DNA of 64,000 nucleotides from Planctomycetota bacterium (GTDB lineage: Bacteria > Planctomycetota > GCA-002687715 > CAIWVZ01). Of this stretch, positions 10,608 through 20,338 are shown in pieces. Every line of letters starts with the position of its first letter. The first letter of the stretch is position 1. The notes beneath the pieces are model-generated. The model saw only the letters and a program-made list of their open reading frames with translations. It had not been told where the DNA came from and ran no database searches. The stretch spans positions 320,001 through 384,000 of the forward strand of contig JBGANV010000006.1 in the NCBI GenBank assembly GCA_044222185.1. The letters are read 5' to 3'. The translations under genes and the position numbers were made by a program.

Positions 10608-11105
10608 GTGACGGATTCGAACGGCGAGATCACGGCGGCCTTCGGGATCCTGGAGGAGGACGAGAGCCTGCTCCTCGTCTCCGAGCATCGTCGGCTGCAC
10701 GACGCGCCGCAGCTCTGCTGGGATCTGCCCGGCGGCGGAGTGGAGCGCGGGGAGTCCCTCGAGGAAGCGCTGATCCGCGAGTTTCGCGAGGAGACGGGCC
10801 TCGCCATCGCCGTGACCGACCTTGCGTTCTTCATCGAACGCTTCGGCTTCAGGTCGAACGACCCGACGCGACGAGGTCGTTTCTACTTCTTTCACGTATC
10901 TCGGGTCGGCGGCGAGCTACGTCCGCGCGATGCCGAGATCCTCGAGGCGGCCATGGTCCCCTGGGGCGAGGTCCGGCGACGGTGCGTGCAGGACTACCAC
11001 GCGGAGTTCTGGCGCTGGGTCGACGGGGGGCGGCGACACCGGTATTTCCTATCGGTTCGTGACCCGGCAGGGCGCCTCCGTGTCCTCGACCGTGGACGCT
11101 CCTGA
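10608..11105 (+). CDS. NUDIX hydrolase
   Basis: Nudix box GGGVERGESLEEALIREFREETGL; GAGGAGG RBS before the GTG start. Confidence 0.9.
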   Translation: MTDSNGEITAAFGILEEDESLLLVSEHRRLHDAPQLCWDLPGGGVERGESLEEALIREFREETGLAIAVTDLAFFIERFGFRSNDPTRRGRFYFFHVSRVGGELRPRDAEILEAAMVPWGEVRRRCVQDYHAEFWRWVDGGRRHRYFLSVRDPAGRLRVLDRGRS

Positions 11106-11363
11106 CTGAGACAGGCCCGGCCGCGGGGCGTGATCCCCAGCGGGAACGTGGCGTTCGGCCGAGACGGGGGGCTTCGGCACGCCCCATGCAGTTGCAGAGA
11201 CGATGGAACGTGCTCGCAAGCCTGTGTTCACGCACTGGCGGTCGATATCGTGCCGCACTCATGGGCCACGCCGGCACCGTCCGGCCTCGCGACCCGGTTC
11301 CGACTCGCTCGCGCTGCCAAGGACGGCGGCACCCGCCGAGAAGAACCCACGGGGGAACAACAC

Positions 11364-11888
11364 ATGACGAAGAAACTCATCATCATCGGTCTCACTCTGG
11401 TCCTCTGCCTGCAAGGCTGCAGGAACTGGGACGAGCGCCACTCCGACGGTGCCGTCATCGGCGGTCTCGCGGGCGCAGGCGCCGGCGCGTTGATCGGCTC
11501 GAAGACGGGATCCTGGGGGTGGGGAATGGGGATCGGCGCCGTGGCCGGCGCGGCACTCGGATACGCGATCGCGGACAGCACCGAGGATCGCCACGAGGTT
11601 CGTTCCGCCCCGCCGCCTGTCTACGCGGACGACTCCGCGCGCCGGCGTGAGGAGGCCGACCGCAACTTCCGGATCGCCATGGAGGCGAGGGACTCCGCCA
11701 CGTCCGAGTACCACCTGAAGCGGAGCATCGAGGCGTACCCGACGCCCGCGGCCTACAACAACCTGGGAATCCTCTACCTCAACAACGGCGACCGGGATGC
11801 TGCGCGCCAGAACTTCCGCGAGGCGATCGCCCTCGACCCTCACTACGACCCGGCGTTGAAGAACCTGGAGCGCCTCGGGTCCTCGTGA
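11364..11888 (+). CDS. Lipoprotein with glycine zipper and C-terminal TPR
   Basis: Lipobox LQGC; GAVIGGLAGAGAGALIG...GAVAGAALG; TPR AYNNLGILYLNNGDRDAARQNFREAIALDP. Confidence 0.82.
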   Translation: MTKKLIIIGLTLVLCLQGCRNWDERHSDGAVIGGLAGAGAGALIGSKTGSWGWGMGIGAVAGAALGYAIADSTEDRHEVRSAPPPVYADDSARRREEADRNFRIAMEARDSATSEYHLKRSIEAYPTPAAYNNLGILYLNNGDRDAARQNFREAIALDPHYDPALKNLERLGSS

Positions 11889-11913
11889 GCGCGGCGCGTT
11901 CGCGCCCGCTCAC
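11885..11913. terminator. GC-rich hairpin between convergent genes (possible bidirectional terminator)
   Basis: GTGAGCG/CGCTCAC outer stem and GGCGC/GCGCC inner stem; no U-tract. Confidence 0.4.
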
Positions 11914-12494
11914 CACGAGTGGACTTGGAAGAAGCGGACGGGCGTTCCGAGCGTGCGCGAGATCATCTCGAGCCCCGAGGCGACGGCTTCGACGCGGTTG
12001 CTGGTCTCGCCCTCGAAGATGAACGCCACGTGGGCGAATCCGCCGGAGCGCCCCCAGTCGGCCTCGAGCGCGTTGTTGCCCTTGCCGCAGTGGTAGCACT
12101 CCATCGTCATCATGGGATCGTCGACCGGGCGGCCGTCGCGCAGCGCCCAGAACGCATCCTGGGCGCAGTTGTAGGGAAGCTCGGAGGTGCAGTAGATGCA
12201 TGCGACCGGCTCCAGGTTGTCGCCCGCGTACCCGACGATCTCACCGTCGTGCACCTTGAAGACCATCTTGCCCGGGTCACAGCCGAATCCGTCGTCGAGC
12301 TTCCGCGGATCGGGGTCCTTGAAGAGGCTCGTGTAGTTGGGCCCGTTACGCAGACTGGACGGGTCGGCGGGGTTGCCCTGCACGATGCCTGCGGCGAGGA
12401 GCTCGGCGACGACGGCCTGGACGCTCTCGCGCGCCGGGTGGACCCTGGGATCGGTGGGAATGAAGCAGACGTATTTCCGGCTCATCGGGTCCAT
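11910..12494 (-). CDS. Hypothetical protein with two CxxC pairs (zinc-ribbon-like)
   Basis: CIYC and CYHC about 30 aa apart; protein-like composition. Confidence 0.7.
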   Translation of the reverse strand: MDPMSRKYVCFIPTDPRVHPARESVQAVVAELLAAGIVQGNPADPSSLRNGPNYTSLFKDPDPRKLDDGFGCDPGKMVFKVHDGEIVGYAGDNLEPVACIYCTSELPYNCAQDAFWALRDGRPVDDPMMTMECYHCGKGNNALEADWGRSGGFAHVAFIFEGETSNRVEAVASGLEMISRTLGTPVRFFQVHSW

Positions 12495-12561
12495 GGCGCT
12501 CCAAGTGGGCGTCGGGTGCAGACGCGAGCGCGGATGTTAGCCGGTAACATGCGGCTCTCCC

Positions 12562-13296
12562 ATGCCGCACGAACGCGTACCCCTCGACGCACCGCTCGCT
12601 GACTTCCGCACCGTCGATCGTCGTGCCGCGTTCGCGCTCGTGTACTGCGCCGTCGTCCTCAGCGTCATGGAGTTCTGGTGCCTCTCGGTTCGCGTGTTCC
12701 GCGCCGACTGGTACGACGCGCTGGACTTCGGGCATCGAGACTTCTACTCGGGCCTCACGTGGGCCGCGTCGACTTTCTTCTTTTTTCTTGTAGCGCCGGC
12801 GATCCTGGTCCGATTCACCCATCGGGAGCCGTTGACGTCGATCGGCTGGAGCGTGCGCGGGTTCTTCCGCCACCTTCCGATCTACGTGGGGCTCTACGTC
12901 CTGATGCTGCCCGTGCTGCACCAGGTCTCGAAGCGCGCTGATTTCGCGACGACGTATCCGTTCGTGGCGTTGGCGCGCACGGACCCGGCCATGTTCGTCC
13001 GATGGGAAGTCGCCTACGTCATCCAGTTCCTGGCCCTCGAGTCGTTCTTTCGAGGGTACTTGCTGTTCACGCTCGCGCGGTGCATGGGCCTTCTCGCGGT
13101 CCCCGTGATGGTCGTGCCGTACACGATGATTCACTTCCACAAGCCGCCGCTCGAGTGCTTCGGGGCGGTCTTCGCCGGCTTGCTCCTCGGATATCTGGCG
13201 CTGCGATTCCGCTCGTTCTGGGGCGGCGTGCTGCTGCACGGGGCCGTGGCCGTGACCATGGACTTCCTCGCCGTGCGTCAGAACTTCGGCTGGTGA
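12562..13296 (+). CDS. CPBP (Abi/CAAX) family intramembrane glutamic endopeptidase
   Basis: Multiple TM helices; ALESFFRGY, MIHFHKP and LLHGAVA motifs. Confidence 0.85.
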   Translation: MPHERVPLDAPLADFRTVDRRAAFALVYCAVVLSVMEFWCLSVRVFRADWYDALDFGHRDFYSGLTWAASTFFFFLVAPAILVRFTHREPLTSIGWSVRGFFRHLPIYVGLYVLMLPVLHQVSKRADFATTYPFVALARTDPAMFVRWEVAYVIQFLALESFFRGYLLFTLARCMGLLAVPVMVVPYTMIHFHKPPLECFGAVFAGLLLGYLALRFRSFWGGVLLHGAVAVTMDFLAVRQNFGW

Positions 13297-13431
13297 CTCT
13301 CGCGCCCGCTGCGAAGCGGCGCGCGATCCGTGAGTCCTCTTCCACCGGCTCTCCGCCCGAACATTGTTTCGACGGAGTGGCGGAAACGGCGCCATTTCGC
13401 GCGTCACTCCCAGCGGAAAGGAGTCGTGGCC

Positions 13432-14313
13432 ATGAATTCAACGTTGGCCGTTCGTCCACGTGTGTCCGCTGACATGGGGTGGTCGCACGATCGCAACATG
13501 GACTGGTCCGATGCGATCAGGGACTTCGTCGCGCACCTGCGCACGCGCAGCTACAGCCGCCTCACGCTTCGGGACTACCAGGTCGATCTCGCTCAGCTCG
13601 CGACGCTCATCCGCGTTGCGCCCACGGACGTGAGAGCCGGGGACTTCGACGCGATCGCCGCCGAGCTCCACGATCTCGGCTTTGGAGCGTCCGTGCTGCG
13701 GCGCAAGCGTGCGGCACATCGCGCGTTCGTCGACTTCATGGCGACGCGGAACCGCGCGCAGCCGATCTCGCTCGAGCTTTGGCGCGCCGCGACGACGGCA
13801 CCGGCGACCGAGCGTGTGCTCCTGGGGTTGCTGACGGCCGGGGGCGTGCGCCTGGGCGAGATTGCCGCGCTCGAGGGGCGTGACGTCCGGTTGCGCACGG
13901 AAACGCTCGTCGTGCGGCGCGGGATGCGGATCGTGCCGCTGCACCCCGCGCTCGCCGATCTCTTCGTGAACTTCGAGAACGAGGTCCCGCTCATGCCGTA
14001 TCGGCCCCTCCTCGCGGGCCTGAACGGGTTCGCCGTCAACACGCGGACGATGCATGCGCGATTTCGCCGCATGATGGTGCGTCTCGGCCATCCATCGATC
14101 CGGCCGGACGATCTGCGGCGGGACGTGGCCGCGCAGCTCCTCCAACTCGGCACGGCGCCGGGCGTCGTCGGTGCGTTTCTCGGCCGCGACCGCGGGCGGC
14201 CGGTTGCGCCACGCCGCGGGAAGCTCGTCGATCTCACGTCGATGTCGGCGCGGCTGACGGCGATTCCGTTTCCGAGGATCCAGGCGCCGGCCGGTGAGGC
14301 GAGGCCGAAGTGA
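13432..14313 (+). CDS. XerC/XerD-like tyrosine recombinase homologue with degenerate active site
   Basis: SAM-like N-domain (YSRLTLRDYQVDLAQL); GVRLGEIAAL box I; RIVPL; PDDLRR and FLGR in place of HxLR and LGH. AAGGAG RBS before ATG 13432. Confidence 0.75.
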   Translation: MNSTLAVRPRVSADMGWSHDRNMDWSDAIRDFVAHLRTRSYSRLTLRDYQVDLAQLATLIRVAPTDVRAGDFDAIAAELHDLGFGASVLRRKRAAHRAFVDFMATRNRAQPISLELWRAATTAPATERVLLGLLTAGGVRLGEIAALEGRDVRLRTETLVVRRGMRIVPLHPALADLFVNFENEVPLMPYRPLLAGLNGFAVNTRTMHARFRRMMVRLGHPSIRPDDLRRDVAAQLLQLGTAPGVVGAFLGRDRGRPVAPRRGKLVDLTSMSARLTAIPFPRIQAPAGEARPK

Positions 14314-14369
14314 TGCGTGTCGAAGGGCGGTGCGGTGCCGCGATCTCGACGCGCGAGTCGTCGACGGGA

Positions 14370-17300
14370 CTACGGCGTCAGGCGGCGGGCGGGCCGGATT
14401 CCGGTGTAATCGTCGCGCGCGCGAGAGTAGACGAACCGGAACACCTGGGCGTCGAGATCTTCGGGCGATTGGGCGGCCGTGCCTCCGGCGACCTCGCACG
14501 TGTGGACGATACGCGAGCGGCGCTCCGTCGAGCGACCCGTCCGGTACTCGGGCTCCAAGACGGTGTCGGAACACCACTCCTGCACGTTCCCGTAGACGTC
14601 GTGGAGGCCGAATGGGTTCGCTCCCTTCTCCCCGACGAAGCGAGGCGACGTCCGAGGTTGTGGCAGCGCGTCGAAGTTGAGATTCGCGAAGCCGGCGAGC
14701 GAGCGTGCCGCTTTGCCGCACCAGAAGCGGGCTGCCCCTCCGCCTTGCGCCGCATAGGTCCACTCCACATCCGTCGGCAGCCGCAGCCAGGCGCCCGTCT
14801 CACGGAGCAATGCCGACGCCTCGAACCAGTCGAGTGCGCCGAGCGGGTGGAGCGCGAGGTCTTCCGGCATGTCGAGCTCCGACCGACCGGTGAGCCGTGC
14901 CCATTGGGCCTCCGTCATCTCGTACTTCGAGATGAAGAATGGTTCGATCGGCGCGGGCGTGCGGGGGACGGTGCCCGTACCCGGTGCGAATGGGGTTCGG
15001 GTCCCCGGAAGGAGCACGAACACCAGGCTCGAGTTCCGAGTGAGTTGGAGGTGGCCATCGACTCGCTGCGGCGGGAGGCCGCTGGGCGGGTGACCGAATT
15101 CCAACAGGCGCGAGTCCGGGTCGCGCCCCAGCGGGACCAGGTCCAGTTGCGGTGTGAGCCGGGGCATGCCGGCGTAGAGGGGCTCCGCCTCGACGGCTTG
15201 GGTAGCCTGAGCCCACGCGCGGCGTGCGGCGTCGGTCTCCGTTGCTTCGGCGGCGAGTTCGATCCTCCTCCGCAGGCGTTCGAGGTCGGTGACGAGCCGA
15301 TCGAGGACCTCGTATCTCCGACCTTCGATTGCATGGCTGATACTCCAGCCGTTCCACGTCCGGATCCGCTCCGCGAGGTCCAGGAGCTCCGCTTCGCGCC
15401 TCGGAAGAAGACGAGCCTCCTCGCCCAAGGTCCAGCAGGCCGTTTCGCGCATGATGTTCTGCGCGTTGTCCTTGATGTTCCGGACCCAATGGTCGGCCTC
15501 GTCACGGCCCGCTCCGGTGCTCGACTCGAGGTTCCGCTCGGCCGCGGCCAGGGCCTCGAGAGCGTTCTGGCGGGCCTCTTCGAAGTGGGCGACGCGACAG
15601 AGCGCCCACGCAAGCGTGTCGAGCGTCCTGAGGCGAGGGACGTCGCCGGTCGCGGTGGCTGCGGCGCGCCGTGCGATGCAGAGCGCGCGGACTTCCTGTC
15701 CTTGGAACAGCCGTCGCTTGTTCGGTGCGATCAGGTCGAACGCCTTCAGTTGGAGGTCTACGGGGTCGCTTGGCAGCGTCGCGAACGAAATCTCTGCCTC
15801 GACGACGCTCTCGGGCGGAAAGCGGCTTGGCTCGAGCATGCGACGCCGCCATTCGAGGTCGGCTCGTTTCGTCTCGTACATGCGCCGGAGATCGAGGAGC
15901 TCTTCGTCGTGTTCGCGTTCGGCGTCTGGGATCGGCACGGCCCGTCCGCGGAGCTCGGACAACTCGCTGCGACAGTCCTCGAGGCCCGGTCCCGACTCCT
16001 CCTCCGCGCCGGACGCCCTCGTTCCCCGAACGAACCCGCGCGCGCGACGGAACCACCACGCCGTCGTCGTCTCGTCACTCCGCCTGGCGGGGGTGAGGTC
16101 GCTGCTCTCCGCGAGGAACCGCGCCAGATCCCGGGAGGTCACGAACGGCTGATTCCTCCGCGTCTCCTGGGCCGTGCTCCACAGGGTGAGACTGCCGGTC
16201 GCGACGATCGCGATGGACGCTGCCAGCGACGCGGCGAAGGCCTTGTTGCGCCGGACCCATTTTCGTGTCTCGGCCCAACCACCGGTTTCGTACGCCCTGA
16301 CGACCCGTCGCTCGACGTACCTCCTGAGGTCGTCCGCCAGATCCTGCATGTCCGCGTAGCGATCGGACGCTTTTCGCGCCATCGCCTTCTCACAGATCGC
16401 GACGAGCTCCGGCGCCGCATCCGGTGCAACCGCGTCGAGCCGCGGCGGCGGCGCTCGCTTCACGCGTTCCAGGACTGTTCCTTCGTCGTTCGAGCCTGGA
16501 GTCGCACCGGACGGCGATTTGAACGGCGGGTGACCGCTCAGCAGGTGGTAGAGCATGGCCCCGACCGAGTAGACGTCCGACTGAGGTCCGAGACGTTCGA
16601 TCTCGCCACGAGCTTGTTCTGGCGACATGTACGCGGCCGTGCCGAGAACGTCGCCATCCATGGTGACGAGAGGCGATTCCATTCCGGACTGCCGATCGGC
16701 CACGCGCTCGGTCGCGACGAGGCCTTCGAGGATCGGTGCATCCTTGCAGATGCGGATGTCGTGGACGTCCGGTTCGCCGATCACGCGCGCGAGTCCCCAA
16801 TCGACGACGTACACTTGGCCGAATCTCCCCACCATGACGTTGGACGGCTTCAGGTCTCGATGGAGGACCTGCTTCGCGTGGGCGTAGCTCATCGCATCGC
16901 ACACCTTGAGCATGACGTTCAGGGCGCGCACCTGGCTCCACTCCGAGGCGCCGTTCTGGACGTGGTCGAAGACCGTCAGCAGGTCCTCTCCGTCGATGAG
17001 GGGCATGGTGTAGTAGACGGCGCCGTCATCATCGACACCGATCTCGTGAAGTGGGACGATCCCCGGGTGGTCGAGCTGTGCCGTGATCTGGGCTTCCTCG
17101 ACGAACCGCCCCAGGTTGATCGACTCCACCGCGAGGTCGCCGACGGACGTGCCCCCGCGGTCGCCGTGCATGACCTTCATGGCGAGGTCGCGCCGCAGCT
17201 CGGGATCGTGCACCTTGAGAACGACGCCCATGCCGCCCCGCCCGAGCTCGCCGTCGCGGCGGAATCGCGCGCCGCGGGAATCGTTGCTGCGAAGCCGTGC

Positions 17301-17534
17301 GACCAGCTCGAACGCACGCGAGATCGCCGTCTCTCCGCCGTCCTGCGGAGGGCCGGGGAGGAGGCGGTCCAGCACGTCGAAATTTGCGACCAGCGATCGG
17401 ATCTCGTTCGCCAGCTCGGGATTGGCGTTGCAGATCGACTCCAGATCCACGGCTTCGCCGGCGTCGCGTCGCCGGAGGTAATCGTCCACGAGCCTCTCGG
17501 CAGCCGAGAGCTGGATCGATTCAGGATCGTCCAT
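14370..17534 (-). CDS. Ser/Thr protein kinase with TM helix and C-terminal FGE-sulfatase (SUMF1) domain
   Basis: LGRGGMGVV, LHRDLKPSNV, DWGLAR, GTAAYMSPEQ; C-terminal FFISKYEMT, LRLPTDVEW, ANPFGLHDVYGNVQEWC. Confidence 0.92.
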   Translation of the reverse strand: MDDPESIQLSAAERLVDDYLRRRDAGEAVDLESICNANPELANEIRSLVANFDVLDRLLPGPPQDGGETAISRAFELVARLRSNDSRGARFRRDGELGRGGMGVVLKVHDPELRRDLAMKVMHGDRGGTSVGDLAVESINLGRFVEEAQITAQLDHPGIVPLHEIGVDDDGAVYYTMPLIDGEDLLTVFDHVQNGASEWSQVRALNVMLKVCDAMSYAHAKQVLHRDLKPSNVMVGRFGQVYVVDWGLARVIGEPDVHDIRICKDAPILEGLVATERVADRQSGMESPLVTMDGDVLGTAAYMSPEQARGEIERLGPQSDVYSVGAMLYHLLSGHPPFKSPSGATPGSNDEGTVLERVKRAPPPRLDAVAPDAAPELVAICEKAMARKASDRYADMQDLADDLRRYVERRVVRAYETGGWAETRKWVRRNKAFAASLAASIAIVATGSLTLWSTAQETRRNQPFVTSRDLARFLAESSDLTPARRSDETTTAWWFRRARGFVRGTRASGAEEESGPGLEDCRSELSELRGRAVPIPDAEREHDEELLDLRRMYETKRADLEWRRRMLEPSRFPPESVVEAEISFATLPSDPVDLQLKAFDLIAPNKRRLFQGQEVRALCIARRAAATATGDVPRLRTLDTLAWALCRVAHFEEARQNALEALAAAERNLESSTGAGRDEADHWVRNIKDNAQNIMRETACWTLGEEARLLPRREAELLDLAERIRTWNGWSISHAIEGRRYEVLDRLVTDLERLRRRIELAAEATETDAARRAWAQATQAVEAEPLYAGMPRLTPQLDLVPLGRDPDSRLLEFGHPPSGLPPQRVDGHLQLTRNSSLVFVLLPGTRTPFAPGTGTVPRTPAPIEPFFISKYEMTEAQWARLTGRSELDMPEDLALHPLGALDWFEASALLRETGAWLRLPTDVEWTYAAQGGGAARFWCGKAARSLAGFANLNFDALPQPRTSPRFVGEKGANPFGLHDVYGNVQEWCSDTVLEPEYRTGRSTERRSRIVHTCEVAGGTAAQSPEDLDAQVFRFVYSRARDDYTGIRPARRLTP

Positions 17535-17727
17535 GAGAGCCTCCGCTGGGATGGAACGGTGGTGAAGGACACCGCCGAGCGACGCCGCGACGATCATCGA
17601 GAGCGATGCCGCGGTCGTCAAGGAGCCCGCGGACGACGGGCGAGCGGGGCTCGCGCAAGATGCCTGCGCCGGTGCCTCGCGCGGGGTAGACTGTGCCCGC
17701 ACCATCACGCTGCACGGGGGATCCAGG

Positions 17728-18357
17728 ATGGACACGCCGAGCGAAGGCGCGCGGTCGGAACGCGAACCACAGGACACGTACACGCTCATCGATCGGTTTC
17801 GCGGCGGTGACCGGGATGCGGGCGAAACCCTGATGACCCGCTACAGGCCTCGGATCCATGGACTCGTCGAGCGGAGTCTCGGCGCGAAGCTCAGGGCGCG
17901 CGATGCGGTCTCGGATGTGGTCCAGCTCGTCTGCCTCCGGGTCTTGAAGGGACTCGAGACGTTCGATCGGCGCGGCGATGCGCGGTTCATGGATCTGGTC
18001 ACGAAGATGACCCGGTACGAGATCGCGAATCGAGCCCGCGACGGCCGGGCCGCGAAGCGCAACAGGCCCACCGTTCCACTGGAGGGCGGAGGCGACGATT
18101 CCCAGGCCGGCGTCGAGCTGGCAGACGATGCGTCGGGCGTCGTGACCAACGCCGAGCGCCGCGAGCTGTACGCGATTCTGCTGGAGAGACTGTCGGACCT
18201 GCCTGCGATTTACCGCGAGGTCATCGTGAGGAGGAAGATTCTGGGCGCGTCCTGGCGTGCCATCTCCGAGCGTCTCGGCCGTTCGCCGGCAGCCTGCGAG
18301 GAGCTGTGCCGGCGCGCCGTGCTGCGAGCGGCGAGCCTCGTGCCGGAACTGGGTTGA
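17728..18357 (+). CDS. ECF-type RNA polymerase sigma-70 factor
   Basis: Region 2 (GDRDAGETLMTRYR...SDVVQ) and region 4 (LPAIYREVIVRRKILGASWRAISERLGRS); divergent from the kinase. Confidence 0.88.
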   Translation: MDTPSEGARSEREPQDTYTLIDRFRGGDRDAGETLMTRYRPRIHGLVERSLGAKLRARDAVSDVVQLVCLRVLKGLETFDRRGDARFMDLVTKMTRYEIANRARDGRAAKRNRPTVPLEGGGDDSQAGVELADDASGVVTNAERRELYAILLERLSDLPAIYREVIVRRKILGASWRAISERLGRSPAACEELCRRAVLRAASLVPELG

Positions 18358-18460
18358 ACCTTCGCGATGCGGCGACGGGCGCGCATTCATCTGGCGTGGT
18401 GACGTCCGGCTTTCCCGGCGCGCATGACCCGGGCAGGTTTCGCGGCAACGACACATCGCA

Positions 18461-20053
18461 TCACCACGCGATGGTCGACACGCCCGTCTGATCGACAAGG
18501 CCCGTGGTCGTGGCATAGGCGACGGCGATCCCTTCCCAGGTCTGCCCGGCAAGGAAGGAGAGGGTTCCGGTGGGGACGATGACCGGCCCGCCGACGTAGG
18601 GGTTCGCCGTCGCGGGGAAGTGCGTGAGCCCGAAGTTCGTGGCGGGCGAGCTGAGGAACGCGAACCACGTCTGGTCCGGGACGAGACCGAAGACGGATCC
18701 CGTGCCTGGGCCGCCGGGCGCCGGCGTCGCCGAGAACAGAATGAGTACGTGCGTGGCGGTCGACGGGATCCCGCTGACCCCGAGGGCCACGTTGCCAGCG
18801 CCGCCGCCCGAGGTCTGTGCCACGAGGCTGAAGCCGCTCGCGGTTGGCGTGCAGGGGCCGCCCACGCAGCCTAGTTGGACGCTGTAGGTCCCGCCGATCG
18901 TTCCGTTGGCCGTGTCGAGCACGCCCGCGCTGTAGGTCCCGCCGACCGCGGCACCGTACGTCAGCGTGGACACGGAGGTGCCGCCAGTCACGGTCGTCGT
19001 CCCCGTCGCGACGAGCGCGCCGCTTGGTGAATGAAGGCGCAGTCCGAACTGGCTCGTCGACCCGATCATCGTCACCGTGATCGCCGTGCCCGCAGGCGCC
19101 GCAAACGTGTAGAGATCCATCTCCGCCGTGAGGAGCAGGCCGTTCAACGGCGGGCCGGGCGGCAGGGGAACCGTCTGGCCGGGGCCGTTCAACCGGTGAA
19201 CCTGGATCGAGTAGCTGAAGGGCTGGCTGAACGCCCCTGAGTCGGACAGGATCACCGTGTAGGTCCCGGCAGCGGGCAGGATGCAGGTCCCTGGGCCTCC
19301 CGGCGTCGTGGCGCCGATTTCCACGAGAAACGACCCGGTCGCCGAGCACACGATCGTTCCGTCGGCGCGGGCGAGCGCCACCGTCGCCATGACTCCGCCG
19401 ACCTTCGCCATCCGGATCGCGAGGGTGTCTCCCGCCTGCCCCGTGAATCGGACCGCACCCGTGCCGCCGATTCCGACGGCTCCCTGGGTCAATCGACCGA
19501 ATGCCGTCGGAACCGCCGTGGGGAGGTTGAGGCGTTGGACGTGGAGGACGTATCCCCCAGTGAGCGTTCCGTTGAACCCGTCGAACACGCGCAACGTGTA
19601 GACGCCGGTCGCCGGCAACAGGCAACTCGAACCCGCTGGTGTCAGCGCACCGATGGTCGCACCGAACCCGCCACCGGCGCTACAGAGGATGGTCCCCGTT
19701 GGACTTCTCAGCTGGATGGCGGCCCACAGGCTGCCGGACGTCGTCACTGCCCTGACGTACACCCGATCGTTGGCGGTGCCGCAGAACGTGTAGTTGTCCT
19801 GTTGTGCGGCGACGGCAATGGTCCCCGTCACCGTCTGGCCGTAGGCGATCTGCATCCCTGGTCCGCATGGCGCCTGGCCTTGGACCACGCCACTGGCCAC
19901 CACCAGCGCCAGCCCGAGCCAGATGCGGAGGAACGATCCTCGCGTCGTTCGCGGCGTGGCGGACGCGTGATCACGGCACCATCCCACTGGGGCTCGTCCG
20001 AGCGCGTGGACCGAAGTGACTGACGGTGAGGGTTGGGACGTCGCTCGAAACAT
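18461..20053 (-). CDS. Secreted protein with three PPC (pre-peptidase C-terminal)-like repeats and C-terminal domain (type A)
   Basis: Signal-like LGLALVVASGVVQGQ; repeats DxYTFxxxAG...LxSPxG...LPATGxYT. Confidence 0.75.
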   Translation of the reverse strand: MFRATSQPSPSVTSVHALGRAPVGWCRDHASATPRTTRGSFLRIWLGLALVVASGVVQGQAPCGPGMQIAYGQTVTGTIAVAAQQDNYTFCGTANDRVYVRAVTTSGSLWAAIQLRSPTGTILCSAGGGFGATIGALTPAGSSCLLPATGVYTLRVFDGFNGTLTGGYVLHVQRLNLPTAVPTAFGRLTQGAVGIGGTGAVRFTGQAGDTLAIRMAKVGGVMATVALARADGTIVCSATGSFLVEIGATTPGGPGTCILPAAGTYTVILSDSGAFSQPFSYSIQVHRLNGPGQTVPLPPGPPLNGLLLTAEMDLYTFAAPAGTAITVTMIGSTSQFGLRLHSPSGALVATGTTTVTGGTSVSTLTYGAAVGGTYSAGVLDTANGTIGGTYSVQLGCVGGPCTPTASGFSLVAQTSGGGAGNVALGVSGIPSTATHVLILFSATPAPGGPGTGSVFGLVPDQTWFAFLSSPATNFGLTHFPATANPYVGGPVIVPTGTLSFLAGQTWEGIAVAYATTTGLVDQTGVSTIAW

Positions 20054-20338
20054 CCAGGGGCTCCATCATTCGTGGCGGGTCGGGCGCGGTGGGGCAGGGG
20101 CGCCGCACCACGACTCCCACAGCACCGAACTGGAGCCGGTCCCACGTGGTGACGGTTTTCTTCTTGCCGTCCACCCGCCGCGCCCTCCGCGCGATCGATC
20201 GTGGGATTCGCTCCGCGATGGTGCTTGGGACGTTCGCCCGAATGGCGCGTCGATTGGCGACCCCGGCCGGGCCGCCATGCGTCGCACGCAGGCTGCGGCC
20301 GCGACTCCCGGCGGATTCTCGATGGTTGGAGACCCGAC

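Noticed and set aside
11204-11218. Sigma54 promoter TGGAAC...TCGC
   Set aside because: GG-to-GC spacing is 9 nt rather than the required 10.
13300-14370. Prophage or integrative element anchored on the Xer-like gene
   Set aside because: No tRNA, att repeat, phage or conjugation genes, no obvious composition shift, and the catalytic residues are missing.
14310-17810. 1166-aa plus-strand ORF
   Set aside because: Antisense shadow of the kinase-FGE gene; no motifs; expected in high-GC DNA.
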